DNA of 64,000 nt from an uncultured bacterium (GTDB lineage Bacteria; Chloroflexota; UBA5177; JANWHV01): the NCBI GenBank assembly GCA_963827235.1, contig CAWHAE010000018.1:384001-448000 (forward strand), read 5' to 3'. Below, one piece after another: positions 35,940 to 46,560 of the stretch (positions are counted from its first letter, which is position 1; each line of letters opens with the position of its first letter). The position numbers and the translations under genes were made by a program. Below the pieces are notes generated by a model. The model searched no databases. It was not told the DNA's origin and worked only from the letters and a program-made list of their open reading frames with translations.

Positions 35940-37382
35940 GTGACTACTACTGCTGAGAACGAACGCCTGGACCCTGCGTTGATCAAGCTGGCCGCCATTC
36001 TGCTCACGGGTGTCATGGTGGTGATGTTCGACTCGACCATCGTCAACGTAGCCTTAGAGACGCTGGCGCGTGCGCTGCACGCCCCGGTGTCCACGACCCA
36101 GTGGGTGGTCAGCGCGTACGTGCTGTCGCTGGGCATGGTAATTCCGGTCAGTAGCTGGGCCATGCAGCGCTTCGGCGCCAAGCAGATGTGGCTCGGCTCG
36201 TTGGCCCTCTTCACGGCGGGGTCGCTGCTCTGCAGCACGGCGTGGAACATTGACGTCCTGATAGCGTTTCGCGTGCTGCAGGGCATCGGCGGAGGCATGA
36301 TGCTGCCGATCATGCAGACGCTAATGGTCGAAGCCGCCGGTGGACGCAAGCTGGGGCAGATCATGGCGATGCTCGGCCTGCCGGCGCTGCTCGGCCCGAT
36401 CCTCGGGCCGGTGCTTGGTGGCCTGGTCATCCACTACCTCTCGTGGCACTGGATCTTCTGGATCAACGTGCCCCTCGGCGTTCTCGGCCTGCTGCTCGCC
36501 TGGCGGGGCTTGCCATTGTCTCCGCCTCGCCCGGGCGCACGCCTCGACGTCGTCGGCCTCGCGCTGCTATCGCCTGCCCTGGCCACGATCATCTACGGTC
36601 TCACGGAGGCCGGCAGTCGCGGCGGCTTCGGCCAGGATAGCGTGGTGATACCCTTGCTGGCCGGCGGCGCGCTGCTCGTCGTCTTCGTGCTGTACACACT
36701 GCGCACCACGCTGCCGCCGGTGGTGGACCTGCGGTTGTTTCGCGTTCCCTCGTTCACCGCGTCGGCCGTGCTGCTCTTTCTGTCGGGCTTGGCGCTCTAT
36801 GGCGCCTTGCTGCTGTTGCCGCTCTACTATCAGCAGGTGCGTGGACAGGATGCGCTGGCGGCGGGGATTCTGCTGGCGCCGCAGGGGCTTGGCATGCTTT
36901 GCACCCGCGCCCAGGCCGGCAAGCTTACCGACCGTATTGGCGGGCGGCCAGTCGTGCTCGGAGGATTCCTGTTGACCCTGCTTGGAACGCTCGCCTTCAC
37001 GCAGGTCGGCGTCGCCACGAACGAGTTGTGGCTCTGCCTCAGCCTGGTGGTGCGCGGCGCCGGGTTGGGCGCGGTTTTCGTTCCGATCATGGCCACGGCC
37101 TACCTCGGCCTGCGACCCGACCAGATCGCCGATGCCAGCAGTGCCACGCGGATCCTGCAGCAGGTCGGGGGCTCGTTCGGCGCGGCCGTGTTCGCGATGA
37201 TCCTGCAGTCGCAGCTCACTGCGCACCACGCGATCACCCTTGCCGGCCAGGTCACCGCCTTCGACAATGCCTTCTGGTGGTCGGTTGGGTTCACCGCCCT
37301 GGCCATCGTGCCGGCGCTCGCCCTGCCCGGCGCCATGCGGCTATCGCTACGCGCCGAGAAGAAGGCGGGCACGGCCGCCTGA
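35940..37382 (+). CDS. MFS DHA2 (EmrB/QacA-type) efflux transporter
   Basis: DSTIVNVAL, FRVLQGIGGG, GPILGPVLGG, WHWIFWINVP; 14 TM segments. Confidence 0.95.
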   Translation: MTTTAENERLDPALIKLAAILLTGVMVVMFDSTIVNVALETLARALHAPVSTTQWVVSAYVLSLGMVIPVSSWAMQRFGAKQMWLGSLALFTAGSLLCSTAWNIDVLIAFRVLQGIGGGMMLPIMQTLMVEAAGGRKLGQIMAMLGLPALLGPILGPVLGGLVIHYLSWHWIFWINVPLGVLGLLLAWRGLPLSPPRPGARLDVVGLALLSPALATIIYGLTEAGSRGGFGQDSVVIPLLAGGALLVVFVLYTLRTTLPPVVDLRLFRVPSFTASAVLLFLSGLALYGALLLLPLYYQQVRGQDALAAGILLAPQGLGMLCTRAQAGKLTDRIGGRPVVLGGFLLTLLGTLAFTQVGVATNELWLCLSLVVRGAGLGAVFVPIMATAYLGLRPDQIADASSATRILQQVGGSFGAAVFAMILQSQLTAHHAITLAGQVTAFDNAFWWSVGFTALAIVPALALPGAMRLSLRAEKKAGTAA

Positions 37383-37432
37383 GCGGCCCGCCCGGGGCTT
37401 GTCCGGCCCGTTTCGGCCGCGCAGTGTTGCCC

Positions 37433-37484
37433 TTGACCTCGCCAAATCCCGTGCTACGATGAGGGTGCTAGAGCATCTGTTCTA
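37433..37484 (+). promoter_or_regulatory. sigma70 promoter with adjacent LexA (SOS)-like box
   Basis: TTGACC, about 16 bp, TG-C-TACGAT, then TAGAGCATCTGTTCTA (one mismatch to GAAC-N4-GTTC) at 37469-37484. Confidence 0.55.
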
Positions 37485-37726
37485 ACTCCACAGTACGAAA
37501 GCGAGGTCGCTCTATGCCCGGCTCGCCCCTCCACGACCGAGCGCACTGGCTCCGAACCGGCTGTGACCGCTCCTGCCGCCCCTGCCGCTGCCGGATCCCG
37601 CGTACAGGTAGACAACATGGGAGAATGCGAAACGAATTCGCCACTCGACGGGCCTGCGGGTCTGGCCGCTCCCGCCATACCACACCCGCGACCCACTGCG
37701 GCGGGTACCTCGGCCGGCCCGTACCC

Positions 37727-37912
37727 CGCCATCCTCAGCTGGAGGCTGCCGTTCCCAGTCCACCCGGGCCCGCAGTCCCGCACGTGCTGCCATGCGATCG
37801 CAACCGCAGGCTCCCGTCACACCCGGCGGCGGCCGGCCCGTATCTTACCATCCTGCCTCAGCTGGAGGCCACCGTCCCCCGTCCCCTGCCATCCTGTCGC
37901 AACTGGAGGCTC
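37727..37912 (+). repeat. three degenerate short direct repeats
   Basis: CCATCCT..CAGCTGGAGGC at about 37728 and 37848, and CCATCCTGTCGCAACTGGAGGC at about 37889. Confidence 0.6.
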
Positions 37913-37950
37913 CGCGAGTTCGCCGCTCCGCACCTGCAAATGGGAAGCAT

Positions 37951-38874
37951 CTAGGCTTCGGGCGCCAGCAGCAGCTTGAGTAGAGCCATGCGCACGAACA
38001 CTCCGTTCGCCGCCTGCCGGAAGTAGGCGGCGCGCAGATCGTCGTCCACCTCCGGACGGATCTCGTCGACTCGCGGCAGCGGGTGCATGATGATCGCATT
38101 TCGCGGCAGCAGCTCCATGGCTTCGCGATCGATGACGTAAATGCCCCGCACGGCTTCGTAGTCCGCCGCGCGGTCCGCGAATCGCTCCTTCTGGATTCGA
38201 GTCTGGTACACCACGTCGCACTCTGGCAGCACGGCACGCAGATCCTGCTCCTCGCGGAACGGCACGCCGTGGCCTCGCAAGTACTCCTTGATGTCCTCCC
38301 GCATGCTCACCGCCGGCGGGGCGATGAAGGTGATCTCGACGTCCTGGTAGAGCGCCAGCAGGTAGCACAATGATCGCACGGTACGGCCGTTGGCCAGGTC
38401 GCCTACCATGGCCACGCGAATACCGTCGATATGGCCGAGCTCGGATTGGATGGTGTAGAGGTCGAGCAGTGCCTGGGTGGGATGCTGCCCCGGCCCATCG
38501 CCGGCGTTGATCACCGGCACCGGCGAGTATGCTGCAGCCAGCCTGGCCGCGCCGGATTCGTAGTGCCGGATCACCAGCACGTCGGCATAGCTGCCCACGA
38601 TACGCACCGTATCCTCGAGCGTCTCGCCTTTGAGTGCGGACGAGAACTCGCGCGCGTTTTCGGTGGTGATCACCTGACCGCCCAGGCGCAGCATGGCAGT
38701 CTCGAACGAGAGCCGGGTTCGCGTGCTCGGCTCGTAGAACAGGGTCGCCATGATTCGGCCCGCCAGAAGCCCATTACCGCCGCTGCCGGCCACCTCCCGC
38801 ATGGTATCCGCGGTACCGAATACTTGCTCCAGCAGCGGTCGGTCGAACTGCTGGCTCTCTACCACGTGGCGCAT
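37951..38874 (-). CDS. pyrB: aspartate carbamoyltransferase catalytic subunit
   Basis: FYEPSTRTRLSFE, KGETLEDT, INAGDG..QHPTQALLD, MHPLPRVDEI, YFRQAANG. Confidence 0.98.
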   Translation of the reverse strand: MRHVVESQQFDRPLLEQVFGTADTMREVAGSGGNGLLAGRIMATLFYEPSTRTRLSFETAMLRLGGQVITTENAREFSSALKGETLEDTVRIVGSYADVLVIRHYESGAARLAAAYSPVPVINAGDGPGQHPTQALLDLYTIQSELGHIDGIRVAMVGDLANGRTVRSLCYLLALYQDVEITFIAPPAVSMREDIKEYLRGHGVPFREEQDLRAVLPECDVVYQTRIQKERFADRAADYEAVRGIYVIDREAMELLPRNAIIMHPLPRVDEIRPEVDDDLRAAYFRQAANGVFVRMALLKLLLAPEA

Positions 38875-39103
38875 GTTCGTTCCTCCCCCGGCGTGCAGCG
38901 ATACGCACTCGCATCAGTATATCGGTACGAGTGTCCGTCCGGGAGCCACCGCCCCCGGTAGATCCCGCCTGGACGTTGTGAGGCGGCGATATCCTGTCTT
39001 GCGACAATGCAGGCCACGGCCGGCATGGCCGGAGCCGGCCGTGGCCCCATTCTCGCCGGGCGGAATCCCCGGTGCACGGAATGTCGGTCCGCCCCCGGGT
39101 GGC

Positions 39104-41626
39104 TCAGCGCTTGAGCACCACGATCGTGGTGCTTGCATTGCCTGTCACGAAGTCCTTGCCGTCGCGAGGCGTGAACGTCACGCGTAGCGTGTGCGTGCCC
39201 ACCGCCAGCTTTGTGCCGAACGACGGGCTGTACCGGTACGTTCCGGCCAGCGCGAAGCCCTGGAAGGTGGCCCTGGCGTTCAGCTGGCCGCTGCCGAGAG
39301 CAGTACCCGACGTGATCACGATCTTCTTGGCCCAGGCGATGGCCGGCTTGGCTTTGGCGATGCTGAACGTTACCGGCGCCACGGACACCGCAGCGTAGTT
39401 CTTCGTGCCGGGCTGCATCGCGGACACGCTACAGCTACCAGCTCCCGTGAGCGAGATCACGTTGCCGCCGCTGCCACCCACGCGGCACGCACCCCGCACG
39501 GCGTACTTCGTGGTCGTGCGAGCCGTGTTCCCGCTCACGGCCACTTTGAAGGACGCGTCGCCGTAGGTGTGATTGGGGATACGAGCCAGCACCACGCGCG
39601 GTATCGCCTGCAGGACGGTGATCGTCGTGGAAGCCGCCGCCTGCTCCCAGTCATTGCCGTTAGCCGGCACGAACGTCGCGCGCAGGACCTGGTTCTTGCC
39701 CACCTGCAGCATGTTGCCAGCCGCCGGCGAGTAGTGGAAAGAGCCAGCAACCGGCGACCGGGCGTCGAGCTGTGAGGAGCCCAGCCGCGTGCCGTAGCGA
39801 ATGTTCGCCGGCTTGGCCCACGTCACTGTTGGTAGGCCGCGGTCGATAGTGAACGTCTCCGACACGGGCTCGGCGGCGGCGTACGAAGCGTTGCCGGCCT
39901 GATAGGCGCGCACCGTGCAGCTGCCGGCGCCGGTCAAGCTGATCGTGCTGCCGTTGGCACCGGTCGCGGTGCAGTTGCCGGAAGTCTGGAAGGTCACTGG
40001 GTTGCCCGAGCTGCCGCCCATCGCGGTGGCCGTAAAGGGAGCGTCGCCATAACGATGGTTGGCAATGGGCGCCAGCTGAATGATCTGCTGCACGAGCGGA
40101 ACCGGCGTCGAGGTGGGCACGATCGTCATGGTCGACGTGGCAGACGGTGTGACGGTGCTGGTGGCCGTCGTGACCGCCGTCGCCGTGGCCGTGTCGGTCA
40201 CCGTCGGCGTGGGCGCGGCAGGCAGGGGCGCGGTGAGCACCCACTTGAAGTACGGATAGCTCTGGCCGTCGTCGATGTTCCAGGTTGAGGTCAGGTCCCA
40301 GCCCGCAGCCGTGTAGGTGCTCTTGGCAATCATGTCGCTCGTGCGGTCGCCCACGCCGATAGTGCCATAGGCACAGCCGCAAGCGGTGAAATCGAAGAAG
40401 CTGGGGACCGTGTTGTCCACGGAGCTGTTGACCTTGCGGCCGATCAACCCGCCGATGTAATCGGACGTGTCGCTGCCCGTCACGGCGCCGGCGCTGTACG
40501 TCTCGCTGATCGTGCCTATGGTGGTGCCGAGGTTGTCTTCTCTGCCCACCAGTCCGCCGATGCTGGAGTGCGTGCCCCCGGTTACCGATCCCACGTGGTA
40601 CGACCTGCTGATCGGTGCTCCGGAATAACCGACCAGCCCGCCGGCGCTCGCCGAATCCACCGGATAGCTGATCGTACCCGTGCTGTAGGACTGGCTGATC
40701 GCCGTCTCGCTCGTGCCTATGAGGCCGCCGAGCGTGCCGCCGCTGGCCTGGCCGGTCACCGATCCCGTGTTGTAGGAGCGAGTCAGCGCGCTGGGGGAAT
40801 GACTCGAGCCCAACAGCCCGCCGGCAGCGCTGCCGGAGGCTACCACAGGCCCGCTGTTGTAGCTCTGGTCCACGGATCCGCTCACGAGAATCCCCACGAG
40901 GCCGCCGACGTAAGAGCTCGCGGCAGTTCCCGTGACGGGGCCGGTGTTGTAGGACTGCGCGATCGTTCCACTCTGGCTGGCGCCGGCAAGACCGCCGACC
41001 CTAGCCGCCGTACCGATGATAGCGGCAGTGTTATGGGATCCCGTTATGGAGCCGGAGTTCGTGCCGATCAAGCCTCCCAGGTTGGAGCCGCTCGAGGCGC
41101 TCACGGTCCCCGCGACGTCGACCCCGCTCACCGATCCCTTGCTCATGCCCGCCAATCCGCCAACGGTCATGTTCGATCCGCCGGCAACGGAAATGCCGGT
41201 GAGGTGGAGGTTTTCCACCGTGGCCGTCGTGTCGAGAGCACCAAACAGCCCGATCGGGTTGGAGGTGGACTGCGCGATCGAGAGATTGGCGATCGTATGG
41301 CCCTGCCCGTCGAACGTGCCGGTGAACGGCGTCGAGGCCGTCTGCCCGATCGGCGCGAAGGGCGTGCCGAGCGCCGCCAGGTCGATGTCGTTCTGCAGAC
41401 AGTAGTAGCCCGCGAGCGCCGCAGTGCTCAGTCCTATTGACTGGAGCTGCAGTGCCGTGCTGATCTGCGTGCAGACCACCGCCTGTCGCTGGCGCGCCAC
41501 GCTTCCGTGGGCAGCCGGCGCCGGCGCCAGCACGCCCACCGCTATCGCACACGCCGCGCCGGCGCGGATAAGCCTTCGGGTGCCACGCGTTGTCCGCGGC
41601 AGATACGGATCAGTTCGGCCGCCCAT
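39104..41626 (-). CDS. secreted GLUG-repeat surface protein with Thr/Pro linker and duplicated Ig-like/MBG-type C-terminal modules
   Basis: Signal peptide, FTGTFDGQGHTI, many VGGLVG repeats, Thr-rich linker and two 'YGDA.F...GAGSC.V.A.Q.GN..YAA...W....I..GT.LG..QL' units. Confidence 0.85.
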   Translation of the reverse strand: MGGRTDPYLPRTTRGTRRLIRAGAACAIAVGVLAPAPAAHGSVARQRQAVVCTQISTALQLQSIGLSTAALAGYYCLQNDIDLAALGTPFAPIGQTASTPFTGTFDGQGHTIANLSIAQSTSNPIGLFGALDTTATVENLHLTGISVAGGSNMTVGGLAGMSKGSVSGVDVAGTVSASSGSNLGGLIGTNSGSITGSHNTAAIIGTAARVGGLAGASQSGTIAQSYNTGPVTGTAASSYVGGLVGILVSGSVDQSYNSGPVVASGSAAGGLLGSSHSPSALTRSYNTGSVTGQASGGTLGGLIGTSETAISQSYSTGTISYPVDSASAGGLVGYSGAPISRSYHVGSVTGGTHSSIGGLVGREDNLGTTIGTISETYSAGAVTGSDTSDYIGGLIGRKVNSSVDNTVPSFFDFTACGCAYGTIGVGDRTSDMIAKSTYTAAGWDLTSTWNIDDGQSYPYFKWVLTAPLPAAPTPTVTDTATATAVTTATSTVTPSATSTMTIVPTSTPVPLVQQIIQLAPIANHRYGDAPFTATAMGGSSGNPVTFQTSGNCTATGANGSTISLTGAGSCTVRAYQAGNASYAAAEPVSETFTIDRGLPTVTWAKPANIRYGTRLGSSQLDARSPVAGSFHYSPAAGNMLQVGKNQVLRATFVPANGNDWEQAAASTTITVLQAIPRVVLARIPNHTYGDASFKVAVSGNTARTTTKYAVRGACRVGGSGGNVISLTGAGSCSVSAMQPGTKNYAAVSVAPVTFSIAKAKPAIAWAKKIVITSGTALGSGQLNARATFQGFALAGTYRYSPSFGTKLAVGTHTLRVTFTPRDGKDFVTGNASTTIVVLKR

Positions 41627-41690
41627 ATACCCCCCAGTCCCTACGCAGTTGACCGCTCCGGTCCGGCCCTTGCCGGACGAAACGGGCCGA

Positions 41691-42818
41691 TCAATACCCC
41701 TTCTTGATCGTCAGCGACGCGCTGTACATCCGTTGCAGAATCGGTGCTTCTGCCTTGGCTGAGATGAAGTGCGGTTGGGCCCAATCCTCGATCAGCACCG
41801 GACGGTAGCGGACCGAAACCAGCTTCGTGCCATAAAACGTGTACGTCCCCACCACACCCTGCTGCGTGTCCGCGCGCCCGAGGCTGAGCTGGTCGAAGAC
41901 GAAGTTCCCGGACGCATACGAGATGTACTTGCCTTTGTAAATCTCCACTCCCTGCACGACATGCGGATGGTTGCCCACGATCAGATCGGCCCCGGCGTCC
42001 ACGGCAAGGTGGGCGAGCATGCGCGGATCCTGGTCCGCCACGCCCGGCGCTACCTGGGGCAGAGGCGTGTATTCCAAGCCCCAGTGCATGGAGACGATCA
42101 CCACGCTTGCCCTTTTGCGGGCGCCCTTGATCTCCCGCACCATCTCCTTCGTGTCGACCTGAGCCTCTACGGCGTTGAATCCCAGAAAGGCAAATACCAC
42201 GCCCTTGACCTGCTTGTACACCGTGTGACCATAGCCGTCCCAGGCGATGCCGTTCGCCGTCAGCAGCTTCTCCGTGTCATGTATACCGTCTTCCCCGTAG
42301 TTGCCGATGTGGTTATTTGCCAGGTTGGCGACGTCGACACCGGCCAGCTTGAGCCCCTCAACTGCTCGCTGGTCTCCGCAGAACGTCATTCCCGTCTCGG
42401 TCGGCTGACAGCCCGGGATCAGCGGGGACTCCAGATTTATCAGCGTCAGGTCCGCCGCACGCGTGTACTTGTACGTCCTGAGGAACGGGTAGGTGAAGTC
42501 GTTCCGCTGGGTCATCACGTAGTTCACCATGCGTGCCGGGATGATGTCGCCGGTAGTCCTTATCGTGATCAGCTTGCGCGTATCCAGGCCGGCCAGCGAC
42601 GGCGCGCGTGCCGCGAACACGCCGGACAGAGTGACCACCGGCAACTTCACGGGGTGAGACGTGCCGGCGCGCTTGCGGGCCGGCACCGGGGTCGCGACCG
42701 GCTTGGCGGTCGTTGAGATGCGCTCGCCAAACAACCCGATCACGCCGCGTGGAGCATCGGTAGCCCGGGGCTGAATGAGCAGCAGCAACAGTGCAAAGAT
42801 GATGGCGAGCCGACGCAA
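41691..42818 (-). CDS. CapA/PgsA-family metallophosphoesterase-fold protein, secreted
   Basis: GDI, INLESP, NLANNHIGNYG, MHWGLEY, GNHPHVVQ, SGNFVFDQ. Confidence 0.92.
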   Translation of the reverse strand: MRRLAIIFALLLLLIQPRATDAPRGVIGLFGERISTTAKPVATPVPARKRAGTSHPVKLPVVTLSGVFAARAPSLAGLDTRKLITIRTTGDIIPARMVNYVMTQRNDFTYPFLRTYKYTRAADLTLINLESPLIPGCQPTETGMTFCGDQRAVEGLKLAGVDVANLANNHIGNYGEDGIHDTEKLLTANGIAWDGYGHTVYKQVKGVVFAFLGFNAVEAQVDTKEMVREIKGARKRASVVIVSMHWGLEYTPLPQVAPGVADQDPRMLAHLAVDAGADLIVGNHPHVVQGVEIYKGKYISYASGNFVFDQLSLGRADTQQGVVGTYTFYGTKLVSVRYRPVLIEDWAQPHFISAKAEAPILQRMYSASLTIKKGY

Positions 42819-42857
42819 CCGTTCCCCCTCCTTGAACGGCGCCTCCAGGCGCTCCTC

Positions 42858-44318
42858 TCAGTACACGAGCACGGTCGTACCCACGGGCGCCCAGTTCCAC
42901 AGCCATACCATGTCGGACAGCGGGATGTTGACGCAGCCGTGGCTGCCGACCGGCTCGCCCGGATCCGTCGAGTAGTGCGGAAGGTTCGTGCCAGGGCCGT
43001 AGACGCTGCGCCACGGCGAGTCGTGCAGGCCGTAACCCTGGAAGAACGGCATCCAGTAGCGAACCGGACTCGGTGGGTAATAGAACGGAGACCCCGCCGG
43101 CCAGGGGGAGATGAAGGTGAACGGAGTCTGCTTGAGATAGACATGAAAAACGCCGTGCACGGTCGGCAGCTCAGGCCGGCCGGTCGTGACGTAGTTTTCG
43201 TGCACGAGCACGCCGTGATCGAACTCGCGAAGCACCTGGCCCTCGGTAGAGACGACGATCACCTTGTCGGGGACGCTGCTGAAATACTTGCTCAGGTCCA
43301 CGGGCGGATCGATGGGCGTGGCCAGCCGATCGAACCCGCCGGCCGTAAGACCAAGCGGTCCGGGGCGAAGCACGAAGGTGGTGCGCGCCGTACGCTCGTC
43401 CAACCCGCTCGCCACCTGCACGGTGACCTTCGTGACGCCTTGGTGCTTGATCACGAGGAGCAACGGCGTCGAGTAGACCCAGCGCCCGTACTTGTCCGCC
43501 ACGCCCGTGCCGGACAGCACGACTGTGCTGGTGACAGCCATCGTCAGCTTGATCGCGGCGCCGGGCTTGGTAGAGACGAATACGCGAATACCGTCCCCCG
43601 CCCGCACGGAGCGAGTAGTCGTGGACACGAAGAGGACCAGCGGCGGCCGAGGAGTGAGGTCAAAGCGCGCCGTGCGCATGCGCGACCCGTTCACTGTCGT
43701 GACGGTCACCGCGGCGGTCGCCTCGATCGTGGTTTTCGGCAGTACCGTATCAAGCATGTCGATCACGGACCGCCCCTGGGAGTCCGCGGTGCCGGAGCCG
43801 GTGCCGACGATACTACCCGCGCTCGTTCTGACCGAGTAGGTGAAGCCTGCATTCGGCGCCGTGCTGACGAACAGCCCAACTGGCGTGCCGGCCTCGAAAC
43901 GCGCGTGAACGGCCTGCACGAAGAGCGGAGGCAGCCGAGGGGCGGATATCGTGAGAGTGCCCTGCCACTGTGCGGAGCGCGATCCCCGCGCGGCGGCGAC
44001 ACGCATACCGGCCACGCCGGTGAGCGCCGTGCCGCTGGGCACGACCCAGGAGAACACGTAGCGGCCCAGCGTGTCCGTCGAACCCTTGAAGACACTGGTG
44101 AGATTGTCCGCGTAGGCCACGGTCAGCGTCACCGAGGCGAAAGCGCCCGAATGCACGAATACGCTCGCACGGCTGCCCTGCACGACGGCCCGCTGCAGCG
44201 GCGAGACCTGCAGCGTCAGCACTGCACCGGCTGGACCGCCGGTGGCTCCGGCCTGAACGGACGGTAGCGCCCAGAACACCACGACAAACCCCAGCACCCA
44301 ACGCAACGCACGCGACAT
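42858..44318 (-). CDS. L,D-transpeptidase (YkuD domain) with N-terminal Ig-like domains
   Basis: Signal peptide; VTTGRPELPT, GYGLHD...GSHGCVN catalytic motif; ATG 44318 chosen as start. Confidence 0.92.
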   Translation of the reverse strand: MSRALRWVLGFVVVFWALPSVQAGATGGPAGAVLTLQVSPLQRAVVQGSRASVFVHSGAFASVTLTVAYADNLTSVFKGSTDTLGRYVFSWVVPSGTALTGVAGMRVAAARGSRSAQWQGTLTISAPRLPPLFVQAVHARFEAGTPVGLFVSTAPNAGFTYSVRTSAGSIVGTGSGTADSQGRSVIDMLDTVLPKTTIEATAAVTVTTVNGSRMRTARFDLTPRPPLVLFVSTTTRSVRAGDGIRVFVSTKPGAAIKLTMAVTSTVVLSGTGVADKYGRWVYSTPLLLVIKHQGVTKVTVQVASGLDERTARTTFVLRPGPLGLTAGGFDRLATPIDPPVDLSKYFSSVPDKVIVVSTEGQVLREFDHGVLVHENYVTTGRPELPTVHGVFHVYLKQTPFTFISPWPAGSPFYYPPSPVRYWMPFFQGYGLHDSPWRSVYGPGTNLPHYSTDPGEPVGSHGCVNIPLSDMVWLWNWAPVGTTVLVY

Positions 44319-44571
44319 TCTGAACAATCCCTCTATCGTTGTCCGCGAGGCATCGAAAGTCGGCCGCCGGAGCACGCCGTGCTGCAGCCCTCAGCCATTC
44401 GCATTGTACCATTCGCCCTGGAAGCGCCGCGCGACGCCCGCGAGGCAGGTGTCCCCCGGCTGCGGGCGACCCATGGCCCGTCGTCGGCGGCGCGCAACGC
44501 CAAGTATGCTATTTCGATTCCGGCCGGAGTGCTCGCCGCGGCGGGCCACGGAGGGAAGCGACGATGTCCGC

Positions 44572-45070
44572 CTACGCGGTGGGTCGCCTCACCATGGTGT
44601 ACAGTTCCAGCACCAGCACCAGCGCCACTGCTGCCAGCGCCGCGCTGACCGCCATGAACGCCGAGAACCAGAATGGTGCCGGAAATGCGTGCTGCAGGAA
44701 GGCGAGAAGCATGGAGAAGCTGAACCACACCTGACCGGCAACCAGCAAGGCTGCCCCATAAGCTCCGCAAACCGCCATCCAGCGGCGTTGGGCGTCCAGC
44801 GCGGTGGCACAGGTGGCCAGGGGCGAGAGCATGAATGCCGTGCCGCCCATGCCCATGGCGAGCCCTTCCAGCCAGCCGATCGGCCCGAGCGACCCCATGC
44901 GGATTACGACCACGAAGTACAACACGAAGCTCGAGGGCAAGCAGAATGGAGGTCACCCGGATCGCCGAGTACGCGCGGGCCAATCCCTGGTGCTCGGGGG
45001 CGACCTTCCGAGGCCACCAGATATCCAGGGGCACGCCAATAATCCAGCCGATCAACACGGGGATCATCAT
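44572..45070 (-). pseudogene. hypothetical integral membrane protein with apparent +1 frameshift near 44936
   Basis: AGGAG RBS and ATGA overlap with the upstream gene; the hydrophobic N-terminal part (MMIPVLIGWIIG...SILLA) continues as SSFVLYFVVVI... in another frame. Confidence 0.6.
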
Positions 45071-46456
45071 GGTATTTCTCCTATGAGGTCGTCGACGAAC
45101 TGTCGGGCGGATCTGCAGGATCGCCCGCTGTGCCACAGGGCCCACTGGATGGCTCTGCGCCGGATCTCATCGCCCGGCAACGCGACGCCATGCGACAACG
45201 CCAGGGAGGTCGCGATCGTCACGTAGCGCTCCTGATCGGGCGACGGGAAGGCAACCTGAAGGCCGAAGCGGTCGGCCAGGGACAGCTTCTCTTCCATGGT
45301 GTCGCGCGGACGTAGCTCGCCGGCGCTCGCCGCCTCGCGATCGGAGAACCGCTCGTTCACCAGGTGGCGGCGATTCGTAGTCACGTAGAGCACGACATTC
45401 TGCGGCCACGCCTCGATCCGGCCTTCGAGCGCGGACTTTAGCGACTTGTATTCGGTCTCCTGCTCCTCGAAGGACAGGTCGTCCACAAAGAGGATGAATC
45501 GCTGCGGATGGTCCCGCAGCAGGCCCAGGACCCTGCGAAGGTCGTTCAGGTCGATCTTTGCTCAGCTCGACCAGCCGCAAGCCCCGCGCGGCGTACGCAT
45601 GCAGCAGCGCCTTGACCGTGGACGATTTGCCCGTGCCCCGCTCGCCATAGATCAGACAGTGCTGCGCGGGCAGGCCGGCAACGAAGCGCTCCGTGTTGCG
45701 AAGGAGCGGCGCCCGCTCGGCGTCGTAGGCAACCAGGTCGTCCAAGCGGACCGGATCCGGATGGAGCTGCGCCTCCAGGCTGCCGCCACCGGCAGCGATC
45801 CAGCGCGCGGCACGATGGCGAGAGAAGAGCCCGAGCCCGTGCCTGTGCCAGTGGCCGCCCAGGTCCTCCGCGAGGGCGCCCCAGTCGAGCGCCGTGCTGA
45901 GCCGCGTTGCCATGGCGAGTCGCGGCTCGTCGCCGGACGCAGGCTCGGCTAGCTCGCGCCAGGGCGCCAGCGCCTCGGCCAGGTCGACGCCTGCAAGCTG
46001 GACCACGGCGTCGCGAAGCGCCTCCGCGCCGAGCGAGTAGAGCCACTGCAGACCACGCAGATCGCGTCGTGCCTGATCCAGCAGCGACGACGGAGCGGCC
46101 TCGAACCCGGCTCGCTCGACCAGCTCGCTGAACGGATTCCGGCAATCGATCACGCGCCAGAGAAGCTGCGATTGCCAGGCATCGGCACCCGGTACCGCCG
46201 GCGCAGCGGCTTCGGCGAGCAGTGCAAACACCCGAGCGTACGCCGCCGCGATGACGCTGCCCCGGACCGGCGTCTCCGCCAATCCACCTTCGGCCACCGG
46301 CCGGGCGTCGAGGTACTCCAGCAGGCGCAGGAACGCCTGGCTCACCTCGTCGTCCAGCACCTGGCGAAACACCGTGACCGCCGACGCCCGGCGTCTGGCC
46401 GATCGGATCTGCTTGCCCAGCAGGGCCTGCAGAGATAGCTCTTTCGATCCGATCAT
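45067..46456 (-). pseudogene. DUF815-family AAA+ ATPase with apparent +1 frameshift near 45558
   Basis: GERGTGKSSTVKA and LRLVELSK, then in a shifted frame DLNDL...RFILFVDDLSFEE, YKSLKSALEG, TTNRRHL, EEKLSLADRFGL. Confidence 0.85.
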
Positions 46457-46560
46457 CGGTCCACGATCCCCGCTGGGAACCCCATGTCGCTACGATGCAC
46501 GAACCCACTTCCTCCTGAGCGCCTCGGCCCGACGCCGTGTGCCGGTGCCGCACTCGTCAT

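Noticed and set aside
37727-37912. CRISPR array interpretation of the short repeats
   Set aside because: The repeats are degenerate and of unequal length, the spacing is irregular, and there are no cas genes.
38880-39100. PyrR-binding attenuator upstream of pyrB
   Set aside because: There is no good match to the PyrR binding-loop consensus and no U-tailed terminator.
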